From the IMG/VR virus record IMGVR_UViG_3300045988_155187: 45,193 nucleotides of DNA, one strand, 5' to 3'. The notes below the pieces were generated by a model. The model did no database searches and was not told the DNA's origin. It saw only the letters and a list, made by a program, of their open reading frames with translations. Origin of the DNA: a virus. The first letter of the stretch is position 1. The number at the start of each line of letters is the position of its first letter. A program made the translations under genes and the position numbers. Shown in pieces: positions 8,066 to 16,363 of the stretch.

Positions 8066-8870
8066 CTTCGAACTCCTCCTCGAGTTTTTCAGCTTCAGAC
8101 ATTAAATTATCAAGTTCTTTTTCTTCAGCATAAGTATCATTTCCAACAACTTCTACAGTTACCTTTTCGGGTAACTCTTCAATTTCTTTTATTATTTCAG
8201 ATGCTAAATCATCATCCTTTTCAAAGTTAATTTTTTGCTGCACACTTTCACTTTTACGAGGATTATATCTAGTATTGAAAATCAAAGTAATTGATGCAGT
8301 AGTATGCCCGTTGTCAAATTCAACTGCTTCATTGCATAATATGTATTCAGCATTCCACTCATTTCCAACGCGGTCATTAAAACTAACCTTGTCCGAACAA
8401 ACATAGACATCAAAATTTTTTAATTTATTGATAAACTTCAAATCATCATCACACAACCAAGCCTCAGATAGAGTTACAATTTTAGCAATTTTACATTCAT
8501 CACCTGAATCTAATTCGAATACATGAGTTGCAAAATAATCGGTATTGACAAAAAACTTCTCAACACTGCTTAAATATTCATCACTGCATGGATAGAATTT
8601 CAGTTTTTCAAGTTTAATGTCATCGTTAGGCAGCGATGATATCTCATATGCTGCATTTTTAAAATCGTACATTTCGCGATCAAATTTTTCTGTATGATAG
8701 TCAAATATTCCTGCATAGTTATTAGCAATAAATTTCAGCTTTTCACCATCACCGAAAATTACAATATTTTTAGAACCAGTTTTCTTGAAAATATCTTTGG
8801 TAATTGCTAAGAATTTATATAAAAACGGTTCATAAGACTTTTTAATTAACATTTTTAATTTCCCTTTCAT
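8040..8870 (-). CDS. Hypothetical protein with a strongly acidic C-terminal tail
   Basis: ORF track. Alternative start MLIKK at 8852. C-terminus ..EKLEEEFEDDFDPMLA. Confidence 0.55.
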   Translation of the reverse strand: MKGKLKMLIKKSYEPFLYKFLAITKDIFKKTGSKNIVIFGDGEKLKFIANNYAGIFDYHTEKFDREMYDFKNAAYEISSLPNDDIKLEKLKFYPCSDEYLSSVEKFFVNTDYFATHVFELDSGDECKIAKIVTLSEAWLCDDDLKFINKLKNFDVYVCSDKVSFNDRVGNEWNAEYILCNEAVEFDNGHTTASITLIFNTRYNPRKSESVQQKINFEKDDDLASEIIKEIEELPEKVTVEVVGNDTYAEEKELDNLMSEAEKLEEEFEDDFDPMLA

Positions 8871-8905
8871 AATAAAATTCTTTTTTTAATAGGTTTTCTT
8901 TGATA

Positions 8906-8963
8906 TAAGGAGTTTTTAGTTGCAATAGGTAAACTTATTACTCTTATAGTTAAAAACTCCTTA
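8906..8963. repeat. 13-bp perfect inverted repeat (hairpin) between ssb and the next gene
   Basis: TAAGGAGTTTTTA (8906-8918) and TAAAAACTCCTTA (8951-8963), with a 32-nt loop. No T-tract follows on the minus strand. Confidence 0.7.
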
Positions 8964-8985
8964 AAATAAAAATTTTGCTTATTTT

Positions 8986-9447
8986 TTAAAACTGTATATC
9001 ATCTTCCATGATGTCGTATGTATTAACATCTCCCATAAAATCACTCGGACTTGACGATTCATTATGAAAATAATTATCGTTGGCCATCTGCTGAACTTTT
9101 TGAGTATCCATAGGTGCCTCATTTTGATTTCTAGTATCAAGGAACTGCACGCTATCGCATCTAACCTCAACAACAAATACTGTTTTACCGTCTTTATCAT
9201 CGTATGTTCGGGTTTGAATTTTTCCTTCAACACCGACTAAGCTTCCCTTAGAACAGTATCTTTCAACATTTTCAGCAGGTTTGCGCCATACAACACAATT
9301 AATAAAATCTGCTTGTCGTTGACCGTCTCCGCTTGTAAAATTACGATTTACCGCTAAAGTAAACGAGGTAACCGCGTCGCCTTGTTGAGTTCTTCTAAGT
9401 TCAGGATCTCTAGTCATTCGTCCAACTAGGACTACTCTATTAATCAT
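8986..9447 (-). CDS. ssb: Single-stranded DNA-binding protein
   Basis: Start at MINRVVLVGRMTRDPELR. OB-fold consensus. Acidic tail ending DDIQF. Confidence 0.9.
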   Translation of the reverse strand: MINRVVLVGRMTRDPELRRTQQGDAVTSFTLAVNRNFTSGDGQRQADFINCVVWRKPAENVERYCSKGSLVGVEGKIQTRTYDDKDGKTVFVVEVRCDSVQFLDTRNQNEAPMDTQKVQQMANDNYFHNESSSPSDFMGDVNTYDIMEDDIQF

Positions 9448-9473
9448 TTTTACTACTCCTTTTGCTTTGCTTT

Positions 9474-9968
9474 TTAATATCCACCTGACAACCTCATGCA
9501 ATTAATTACATATTTTCTTTTGTATGCATTATAAATTTCATCCCACGTAAACCCTAGTTTATTGCCAAGTATGAATAGATGCCCAAGAATCTGATTGGTT
9601 CTTGAATTTTCATCACACTCCCATATAATGCAATTTAATATCCACGAGTAATTTAAATGTATTAAATCGCTATAACTTTCATAACAATCATCATATTTGC
9701 CTTTGCTATGCGAATGATTTGTTAAACTTAATGCAAAATGTAACGCATCAGCATATTCAATAAGTGCTTTTTCCCGGTTATCAACCGCTGTTTTCTTCCA
9801 ATGCTTGAATTTAGTAGGCATTTCATTCATTAATTCACCTAATTCAACAAACAAAGCTACTTTTGTTTGTTCTTCGATTTTTTCATCCCACACAATTCCT
9901 TGTTCTTTTAAAATTGCTTCATCAAGTTCTTTCTGCAATTTTAATAATTCTTCTAACTGCTTTAACAT
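9474..9968 (-). CDS. dut: Dimeric all-alpha dUTPase (dUTPase_2/MazG-like NTP-PPase)
   Basis: ORF track. ..LFVELGELMNE...FKHWKK......EYADALHFALS.. is typical of dimeric phage dUTPases. Confidence 0.7.
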   Translation of the reverse strand: MLKQLEELLKLQKELDEAILKEQGIVWDEKIEEQTKVALFVELGELMNEMPTKFKHWKKTAVDNREKALIEYADALHFALSLTNHSHSKGKYDDCYESYSDLIHLNYSWILNCIIWECDENSRTNQILGHLFILGNKLGFTWDEIYNAYKRKYVINCMRLSGGY

Positions 9969-9982
9969 TTTTATTATCTCCT

Positions 9983-10858
9983 CTATTCAAATTGTTTTAA
10001 TGTTTCGTTTAATTCATCAAGATCAACATCTAATTCATCAGCTTGTTTTTCGATATTGTAATTTTCTTTAAGATTTGTAGACATTGCTTTGTAAAAATAA
10101 GCACGACGATTATTTATGTTTTTATCTATTATTTTATGAAGTATGTATTTTGATTTCACTAATACATCAACTGCATCATAATCATCAATATAGTCACATA
10201 TCATCTTGTCAAATTCATCAAACTCATCTTCTTTAATCAAAGAATCATCAAATAAACGTTTTGTAATAAAATTCGCGCAAGCGGTTTTATCGTTATATCG
10301 TTTTATCGTTTTATCTTTTTTTAAATCTGTTTTATCTATATCTAAACTCTTATCTCTTATATCTAGACTCTTGACTCTAGACTCTTGACTCTTAGTTATT
10401 TCTAGTAATTTTTCGGTAACGTTATTAGCGTTACTATTAGTAACGTCTTCAGTAACGTTATCAGCTAACTTTTTTTTCCTTTCACGGTATCTTTTTTGAC
10501 GTTGAGCATTCGCATTAGCTGCTTCGCTTCCTACCATTTCTTCATAATTTGCAATCTCTAAAATATCGTTTTTAGACTCATATACAAGACCTATTTTTTT
10601 AAATAATTCAAGCGCGACCGCTACTGTGTCAAAATCAAAGTATTTAGTGTCACGAACTATTTTTTCAATGTTAAACGGTACTATCATTTCACCAACCATA
10701 GTCATAAGTTTTCCACGATTATTAGCGGTATTTAGACATAACATTTGATATAAAACAACGTACTCACAGCCGTTTTTTTGAGATAACAAGAAGTCTATTT
10801 CATCAAGGCTGAAAAAGTCAGTTTTTAGTTTTATCCAATAATATCTTTTATCGGCCAT
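9983..10858 (-). CDS. Phage replisome organiser (N-terminal Phage_rep_org_N-like domain)
   Basis: ORF track. MADKRYYWIKLKTDFF..DEIDFLLSQKNGCEYVVLYQMLCL.. Contains DNA iterons in its central part. Confidence 0.8.
   Translation of the reverse strand: MADKRYYWIKLKTDFFSLDEIDFLLSQKNGCEYVVLYQMLCLNTANNRGKLMTMVGEMIVPFNIEKIVRDTKYFDFDTVAVALELFKKIGLVYESKNDILEIANYEEMVGSEAANANAQRQKRYRERKKKLADNVTEDVTNSNANNVTEKLLEITKSQESRVKSLDIRDKSLDIDKTDLKKDKTIKRYNDKTACANFITKRLFDDSLIKEDEFDEFDKMICDYIDDYDAVDVLVKSKYILHKIIDKNINNRRAYFYKAMSTNLKENYNIEKQADELDVDLDELNETLKQFE
10285..10470. repeat. Iteron cluster; probable origin of replication inside the replisome-organiser gene
   Basis: TTATCGTT x3 (10287-10311). Tandem TAGACTCTTGACTC x2 (about 10363-10391). 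GTAACGTT/AGTAACG x4 (10416-10460). Confidence 0.6.
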
Positions 10859-10904
10859 TTGTACTCCTTTCTAACTTACTAAGGGAGCTATTGCCCCCTA
10901 GTAA

Positions 10905-11774
10905 TTACATCTGCATTGGATCAATGTCTTCTAGCACCGGTTCAGGTTGAGCTTGATTTACAATATTTTCAACCGTTGGAGTGCTTGTTGTCTCTGGAAT
11001 TTGATTATTAAATGCCGGAGATACCTCAACCACTGCATTGTTAGGGTTGACGATGTATTCTTTTGAACCATCTTCTTTAATTACTGCCATATCACTCTCA
11101 TAGGCAATCTGCATATCAATACTCATAATCCCCCACTTAGAAATTAACTGTCTAAGCATTGTTTTATATGCCATTACATCAAAATCTTTTTGCCAAAAAC
11201 TGCTTGATTTATCAAAATTTTTTGAATATGTTTTACCATGATTTTTCATTTTTTCTTTTGACCAGTACAACGATTTTCTAAACCCGTTTGTATATTCGAA
11301 CATTGCATAATAACCAATTGTTTCAGCATTTTCTCTTTGGACTTCATCATCAATAAGGTTAACCTCGATTTCTTCATTTAAAGGATCGTACCTAATCAAT
11401 TCTCCTTCTTTAATCGATAACACATTTAGCTTTTTATACATTCCGCTTCTAATCGCTAATTGGATCATCCCTTTGTATCCAAGAATGAATTGCGCATTAC
11501 TTCCAAAAGGCACTAAATAATACTGACCAAGTTGTGGACTGGGTGATAATTTTAAACTTTCACCTAATAACGCACCAGATAACAAGGTATCAAAGTTACA
11601 TTTTTGTAATTGCGGTGTTGCTGCTACCGCACTAACAATAGACGATATAAATCTTTGGCCATCTTTTCCTCCAATCATACTATTCACTTTTTTGGTAACC
11701 GCTTCACTTGTCATAAAATTACTAAATGTTGAACGATCACTACTCATCTTTGCTACTCTATCTTGTACTACCAT
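10905..11774 (-). CDS. recT: RecT-family single-strand annealing recombinase
   Basis: ORF track. ..QRFISSIVSAV..TPQLQKC...SLLSGALLGESLKLSPSPQLGQYYLVPF...AQFILGYKGMIQLAIRSG. Confidence 0.85.
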   Translation of the reverse strand: MVVQDRVAKMSSDRSTFSNFMTSEAVTKKVNSMIGGKDGQRFISSIVSAVAATPQLQKCNFDTLLSGALLGESLKLSPSPQLGQYYLVPFGSNAQFILGYKGMIQLAIRSGMYKKLNVLSIKEGELIRYDPLNEEIEVNLIDDEVQRENAETIGYYAMFEYTNGFRKSLYWSKEKMKNHGKTYSKNFDKSSSFWQKDFDVMAYKTMLRQLISKWGIMSIDMQIAYESDMAVIKEDGSKEYIVNPNNAVVEVSPAFNNQIPETTSTPTVENIVNQAQPEPVLEDIDPMQM

Positions 11775-11775
11775 T

Positions 11776-13230
11776 TTAATTAATCTCCTTTACATTGTAT
11801 TTACTTACCGCCCCAGTTTCTGGTTCAGCTAGCTCTTTTTCAATCATTTTTACTTCATTAAAATCAAATTCTTTACTTTGTTTTAGAAATTCCATGTATC
11901 TATTCAACATTTGCAATGATGCTAAATCTCCTGTAAATTCAAATGTTTTAGTCCATGTTTTACCATTAAATTTTTCAGGTGTTTCTTTAATTTCTGTAAC
12001 AACATATTTTCCAGTTGTTTTAGCAATAATTTCATCACCACGTTTAAATATCTGTTCATCTTTATTAGGTTCAATTGATGGTTGTTGAACCACTTCTTGT
12101 TGTACTTTTTCAAGTTCCTTTTTATGTTGTGTTTCAAGCTGTACTTTTTGATGTTGTAATTCCTTCTCTGCTTCAGCTTTAAGTGCTTCTTTTTGTGTTT
12201 TTAAAGCGTTTATTTCATCTGTAATATTCTTTGTAATATCGCCAAGATTATTACCCACTTGATACTGAAGCTTATATTTTTCACGACTTATTAACTTTTC
12301 ATCTACCCCAACCATAGTGCATGTATTAATGATGGTACTTTCAATAAGCTCCATATCTTTTTTGTATAGATTTTCCTGATTCATTAGGTCATTAAACTGG
12401 GTTTCAGCCTCACTCTGAAATTTTTTATTTGAGCATGATGCATTTAGCCATTTTTCATCAAATACAAACTTATTAGCATACTCCCTTGAAATCATTTCTT
12501 TTTTTATGAGTACTTCTTTAAGTTGCTCGATAATTCCTTCTCTTTCCTTGCGAAGCTTATCTTTTTTCTCTTGGATATAAACATCAACATCATTTGCGAT
12601 TTTTTGAGCTGTAGTATTAAGTGCCTCTACAACACTTTTTACTTTGTTCTCGTATGTATTAAACGAATCCATATATACTTTTTTGGAACGTTTTCTTTCA
12701 TCGTCAATGGCTTTTGCCCATTTTCTTAATTCGGGAACAACTCCCGTACCTTTAGCAACGAAACTTTTATAATTATCTTCTGTAACTACAACATTAGCTT
12801 TTGCTTTAATAACTGGAATTAAGGCAACTAAACTATCAACATTAGAATCAATTGTTGCTCCCTCTGGTTTCGTGTTGGTAACAAGTGTTAAGTCTTTTTC
12901 ATTCAATTCAACAACTTCACCTGTGACCGTTGCATTTGCTTCAATAATTTTTTGATCATCAATCAGATTCAGCTCTAATTGTTTAACATCAACTAATTGG
13001 TACGTATTTGTATCAATATCTGCCACTGGCGCCCACCATATAAAACCATCATCTGCACGATACAATACAAATATTGCATCCCCTGGATAATTCATTTTGC
13101 TTACAGGTTCTTTATTAGCTAGAAAACAGTTTTTAATAGCTAACCATTCAATAACTTTTTCGAATTCTTCTTTGCCGGCAATCCTTACCGCTGCATAACC
13201 ACCTAACAGCTTGTTTTGTAAATCATTCAT
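11776..13230 (-). CDS. DUF1351-like coiled-coil protein (recombination-module partner)
   Basis: ORF track. Sits between the YqaJ exonuclease and RecT genes, as DUF1351 proteins do in Firmicute phages. Long Lys/Glu coiled coil. Confidence 0.5.
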   Translation of the reverse strand: MNDLQNKLLGGYAAVRIAGKEEFEKVIEWLAIKNCFLANKEPVSKMNYPGDAIFVLYRADDGFIWWAPVADIDTNTYQLVDVKQLELNLIDDQKIIEANATVTGEVVELNEKDLTLVTNTKPEGATIDSNVDSLVALIPVIKAKANVVVTEDNYKSFVAKGTGVVPELRKWAKAIDDERKRSKKVYMDSFNTYENKVKSVVEALNTTAQKIANDVDVYIQEKKDKLRKEREGIIEQLKEVLIKKEMISREYANKFVFDEKWLNASCSNKKFQSEAETQFNDLMNQENLYKKDMELIESTIINTCTMVGVDEKLISREKYKLQYQVGNNLGDITKNITDEINALKTQKEALKAEAEKELQHQKVQLETQHKKELEKVQQEVVQQPSIEPNKDEQIFKRGDEIIAKTTGKYVVTEIKETPEKFNGKTWTKTFEFTGDLASLQMLNRYMEFLKQSKEFDFNEVKMIEKELAEPETGAVSKYNVKEIN

Positions 13231-13243
13231 TTAACATTCCTCC

Positions 13244-13960
13244 TTATTTTAGTTCTTTATTTCTATTTTCGCTGAATGGTGGCGGATCTAAATGTGTAAC
13301 TTTCCTCCAGAACCACAATTCAGTTTTCACTAATAAATCAGTACTTCTTTCTAAATCTTCACGGTGCATGATAAATATTCTTGTTTCCTGCTTACCATCA
13401 TTGTCATTAGCCCAGGGAATATCTAAAATTGCGTATAAAACTACAAAATCAAAATTTGTCGTATATAAATAATGCAAACACTGAAAGTAATATGTAACTG
13501 GCATCTTGTCCTTGGTCCAGTCTTCAAACATTCCATTATTTTGAATTGTTGTAGATTTTATTTCTAAGATACCTTTTTTATTAGTTGCTTTATCAATTAA
13601 AGCACCATCTAAATTAGCTCTCATAAATGGAAACTGCTTGCTGGATAAGCTAATACCTTTAGTATCTATAACCTTATACTTGCCACCGTACAAAACTTTA
13701 AATAATTCAAACATTACCGGTTCTAAAGCATTTCCTTTTTCAATCGCTTTGTTTGTAATAAAAGGTGCTTTAACTTGTCCGGTTTTTTCTTCCCAAAGCT
13801 CATATGGTCTTTTATAATTACTAACATTCATCACTATGCCGGCATCACTACCGCCAATGCCTTTACTTCTTAACTCATGCCAATGCTCATCACTTTTTAC
13901 AAAATCTATATCGCAGTTGTTAAAGAAACTTATATAATCAAAGTCTTTATTCGCTAACAT
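13244..13960 (-). CDS. YqaJ-like (lambda Exo-type) viral recombinase exonuclease
   Basis: ORF track. W.ELRSKGIGGSDAGIVMNVSNYKRPYELWEEKTGQ.., LEIKS. Confidence 0.85.
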   Translation of the reverse strand: MLANKDFDYISFFNNCDIDFVKSDEHWHELRSKGIGGSDAGIVMNVSNYKRPYELWEEKTGQVKAPFITNKAIEKGNALEPVMFELFKVLYGGKYKVIDTKGISLSSKQFPFMRANLDGALIDKATNKKGILEIKSTTIQNNGMFEDWTKDKMPVTYYFQCLHYLYTTNFDFVVLYAILDIPWANDNDGKQETRIFIMHREDLERSTDLLVKTELWFWRKVTHLDPPPFSENRNKELK

Positions 13961-14108
13961 CTAATATCGCGTTTGCTCGTTCAATTTCTTCTACTGTGTA
14001 AGTTTCTTTAACTGTTTTAACTAGCGTTTCTTTAGCCTCTTTTGTTAATGCACCTTTTCTAATGTGTCTTAAATATTCAAGTAAATTTGCTTGTTTTATA
14101 TCTGCCAT
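13947..14108 (-). CDS. 53-aa hypothetical protein (MADIKQANLLEYLRHIRKGALTKEAKETLVKTVKETYTVEEIERANAILDVSE)
   Basis: Hand-translated; below the track cutoff. Overlaps the yqaJ-like start by 14 nt and the upstream mini-ORF's stop by 13 nt. Confidence 0.45.
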   Translation of the reverse strand: MADIKQANLLEYLRHIRKGALTKEAKETLVKTVKETYTVEEIERANAILDVSE

Positions 14109-14263
14109 TCCAATGCCTCCAGTTCTTTCTTTTTAACAGCAATTTGGCGATTAAGATTTCTTTGCAAATCATAATCTTCATCATTGAAACGATCCTTACA
14201 CTGAAGAATATTTAACTGTCTTTCAAGCTCCCAAATTTGATTTTCCAATACCTCTTTACTCAT
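14096..14263 (-). CDS. 55-aa coiled-coil hypothetical protein (MSKEVLENQIWELERQLN...)
   Basis: Hand-translated. ATG lies 2 nt after the stop of 14266..14547. AAGGAGGA upstream. Confidence 0.45.
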   Translation of the reverse strand: MSKEVLENQIWELERQLNILQCKDRFNDEDYDLQRNLNRQIAVKKKELEALEWQI

Positions 14264-14265
14264 TT

Positions 14266-14547
14266 CTAATCCTCCTTATTCCTTATAAAAACTTCTAAAT
14301 ATTTTCTATCGAATTTCGAATGATCAGTGACATAAACATCAATAATTTTTCCAGTAAATGAACCAGTATCCTCAGCAATGTATATATGACCATCAATTAA
14401 AACTTCACTTCCTAAAGGAATTATTGAAGTATCTACACCAATCGTTCGTCCTTCTACATATTCAGTTCCTAGTTTTGTTGGATAACCTACCCATGGACCA
14501 TTACATTCCTTACACGTACAATAATTTGTGATTTTGAATATTCCCAA
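14266..14547 (-). CDS. 3D-domain (RlpA/MltA-like double-psi beta-barrel) protein; may be the C-terminal part of a TGA-interrupted gene
   Basis: ORF track (TTG start, no SD). FKITNYCTCKECNG...G...G.TIGVD.SIIPLGS.V.I.G..Y.AEDTG is typical of 3D domains. Same frame as 14554..14793. Confidence 0.6.
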   Translation of the reverse strand: MGIFKITNYCTCKECNGPWVGYPTKLGTEYVEGRTIGVDTSIIPLGSEVLIDGHIYIAEDTGSFTGKIIDVYVTDHSKFDRKYLEVFIRNKED

Positions 14548-14553
14548 TGAAGT

Positions 14554-14733
14554 TCAAGCGGGTATCTCTCTAACACCTCTAGCAGCAACTTCACGCACTT
14601 CCGTGGGGTACTGTTCTTCCCATGTTGCATCTATACGTTCACATCCCTTTGCAAGAATTCCAGCTAAAGCAAACATAGCTAATATCATTGCCATCACTAT
14701 TACGCCGGCTTTTGTACTTTCCTTATTAATCAT
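14554..14733 (-). CDS. Small membrane-anchored protein; possible N-terminal part of a TM + 3D-domain protein
   Basis: Start at MINKESTKAGVIVMAMILAMFALAGILA, with AGGAGG 8 nt upstream. One TM helix. Ends at a TGA that is in frame with the 3D-domain ORF. Confidence 0.55.
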   Translation of the reverse strand: MINKESTKAGVIVMAMILAMFALAGILAKGCERIDATWEEQYPTEVREVAARGVREIPA

Positions 14734-14796
14734 TTTGACTTTCCTCCTAAAACCCTCTATAATGAAGGTGTTATGTATTGGTCTCTCGACCAATTT

Positions 14797-14982
14797 TTAA
14801 AGAAAGGTATTGCGAGTATCTTTCTTTAACTCAGCGACTTGTTCTTCTGTGTAGAACAGGTCGTTTCTTTTTTCTCTCATATTTACTTGGTTTAAAATGT
14901 CATACAATTCAATAAGTGCATTTCTATCTGGCACATCAGGGCGATAAACAATTGTATTTTCATCAATCTGCATCTTTATCAC
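14797..14982 (-). CDS. Small hypothetical protein
   Basis: ORF track. Confidence 0.45.
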   Translation of the reverse strand: MIKMQIDENTIVYRPDVPDRNALIELYDILNQVNMREKRNDLFYTEEQVAELKKDTRNTFL

Positions 14983-15014
14983 TTTTCCTAACCTCCTTGA
15001 TTAAACATATGCAC

Positions 15015-15716
15015 TTATGTAAGTTCATGTTCTTTATCCAATAACTTTTTTATGTAATTAACTCCTTTTTGATAAACCAAAGTTTTAATATTTATAGCCG
15101 TTTCACTATTTGGCTTCGTATACTTCTGTTCAACAATTCTAAAATATCCACAATCAATATATTTCTGATATGGTTGATTATTATGCATCAGCACCTTTTT
15201 ATTTCTTAAAAACTCAAACAGACGATTTCTTCCATATCCTGGATAATCCAGCACTTTAGCGACATCCGCCATTTGAATAGCAGTTTTACTACTGGCTACT
15301 GCATCAAAGAACTCTGCTTTAGGCTTCATTTCAATAACTTGCTGATTAAGATTTTCAATCATTTTTTGACTTTCTATCAAACCTCTAGCAATTATTTTTT
15401 CTGGACTGTTCCATTGTTTCTCAACTTCAATAAAATATTGGCGAGCTTCCTTGCCCCTTTCATTACGTTGGAGCATTGCAATTTCTTTTGCCATATCTAG
15501 TGTGATTTCATGATCAGTAAACTTTGTTTCATTTCCTTGAGCTGTTACTCTTTTTTGAGTAATAGCTCTATAGTCTAAATTTTCATTAAAACCATACTCA
15601 CACATTCTTTTAAACCAATCGTTATATTTGCTTCCTACTTCTAAAAACTCATGCAAATCCCTAGCGGACAATGTTATTCGGTCGGCATCATAATTAATTT
15701 TTAAAAGTTCATCCAT
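15015..15716 (-). CDS. Phage antirepressor (AntA/AntB-like N-terminus + KilAC C-terminal domain)
   Basis: ORF track. ..LSARDLHEFLEV...YNDWFKRM...GF.EN.DY.. and C-terminal ..TAIQMADVAKVL..PGYGRNRLFEFLR..KVLM. Confidence 0.8.
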   Translation of the reverse strand: MDELLKINYDADRITLSARDLHEFLEVGSKYNDWFKRMCEYGFNENLDYRAITQKRVTAQGNETKFTDHEITLDMAKEIAMLQRNERGKEARQYFIEVEKQWNSPEKIIARGLIESQKMIENLNQQVIEMKPKAEFFDAVASSKTAIQMADVAKVLDYPGYGRNRLFEFLRNKKVLMHNNQPYQKYIDCGYFRIVEQKYTKPNSETAINIKTLVYQKGVNYIKKLLDKEHELT

Positions 15717-15749
15717 ACGATCACTCCTTTCTTAATTTTTCTTACCATG

Positions 15750-15890
15750 AGGCAAGTATGAGGAAACTATCCATTATTCGTGTGTGTTAAATTGGAAACA
15801 TATTTAATCGATTTATTCACTGTGGTTTTGGAGTTTTTAATAATGGTATTTGTATCAATCTAATAATTAGATAATTCCCTCATACCTGCC
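15750..15890. repeat. Long-range imperfect inverted repeat inside the 306-bp non-coding gap between cro-like and ant
   Basis: GGCAAGTATGAGGAA (15750-15764) against TTCCCTCATACCTGCC (15875-15890). 14 of 15 positions are complementary. Confidence 0.6.
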
Positions 15891-16022
15891 CCACGATATT
15901 TTTGTTTAACTCCGTTTTTATAACTTCTAATATGCGTCTTTTAAAGACACTTGTTTTTATTTAGAGTTATAATTTAGTTGTGCTTTTGAAAAAACTTTCA
16001 ACCGTATTTTATGGTGTACATT

Positions 16023-16211
16023 TCATTTAAAAAAAATAACACTTACTGGTTTTTGTAATGCATTTGCAATTGCAACCATTGTTGAACTTTTTATAATAAT
16101 ACACTCGTTATTTTCTAATTTAGAAATATATGGTCTACTTATACCAGATTTTTCAGATAATTCTTTTTGTGTCATACCCATTTTCTTTCTAAATTGTTTA
16201 ATTTTGTTCAT
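16023..16211 (-). CDS. Cro-like XRE-family HTH regulator (62 aa)
   Basis: ORF track. MTQKELSEKSGISRPYISKLENN. Divergent from the cI-like gene. Confidence 0.85.
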   Translation of the reverse strand: MNKIKQFRKKMGMTQKELSEKSGISRPYISKLENNECIIIKSSTMVAIANALQKPVSVIFFK

Positions 16212-16254
16212 ATCGCACCTCCATTCTTGTGTACACTATTGAGTCCACAAACAA

Positions 16255-16283
16255 AGTATACTATGGAATACAATATATGTCAA
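16255..16283 (-). promoter_or_regulatory. Early lytic (cro) promoter TTGACA-17-TATACT
   Basis: Minus strand has TTGACA (16283-16278), a 17-nt spacer, then TATACT (16260-16255). Confidence 0.6.
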
Positions 16284-16314
16284 TCATGAAATACAAAATT
16301 ACTATATTTTTTGT

Positions 16315-16343
16315 TTGTCTTTGTGTACTTTCTAGTTTACACT
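16315..16343 (+). promoter_or_regulatory. Lysogeny (cI operon) promoter TTGTCT-17-TACACT
   Basis: Plus strand has TTGTCT (16315-16320), a 17-nt spacer overlapping the TTGTGTAC operator-like site, then TACACT (16338-16343). AGGAGG and ATG 16364 follow. Confidence 0.5.
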
Positions 16344-16363
16344 AAAGCTAGGAGGTGTTTTCT

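Larger units (their letters stand above)
16212..16363. promoter_or_regulatory. Genetic switch region: divergent promoters plus operator-like repeats
   Basis: Perfect palindrome GTGTACAC (16229-16236). TTGTGTAC (16321-16328). GTTTACAC (16335-16342). Left arm GTGTACAC-N10-CACAAACAAA mirrors right arm TTTGTTTGTCTTTGTG-N9-GTTTACAC. A further GTGTACA lies at 16014-16020. Confidence 0.6.

Noticed and set aside
8979-9233. 84-aa ORF overlapping ssb, and similar nested ORFs (11922-12137, 17994-18236, 24615-24866, 28905-29108, 31166-31408, 42546-42827)
   Set aside because: All are alternative-frame ORFs lying entirely inside well-supported genes. They are low-complexity or Lys-rich products of AT-rich sequence and have no RBS.
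10285-10470. Short direct repeats (here and at 37981-38076) as a CRISPR mini-array
   Set aside because: The repeat units are 8-14 bp and degenerate, and the spacing is irregular or the conserved core is only 9 bp. The first cluster lies inside a coding region and there are no cas genes. Iterons or regulatory sites fit better.
14554-14556. In-frame TGA explained by genetic code 4 (TGA = Trp)
   Set aside because: TGA serves as a clean stop with coupled restarts elsewhere (ParB-like/dpdA ATGA, gp10-like GTGA). Trp is encoded by TGG throughout, and the long ORFs are intact under the standard code.
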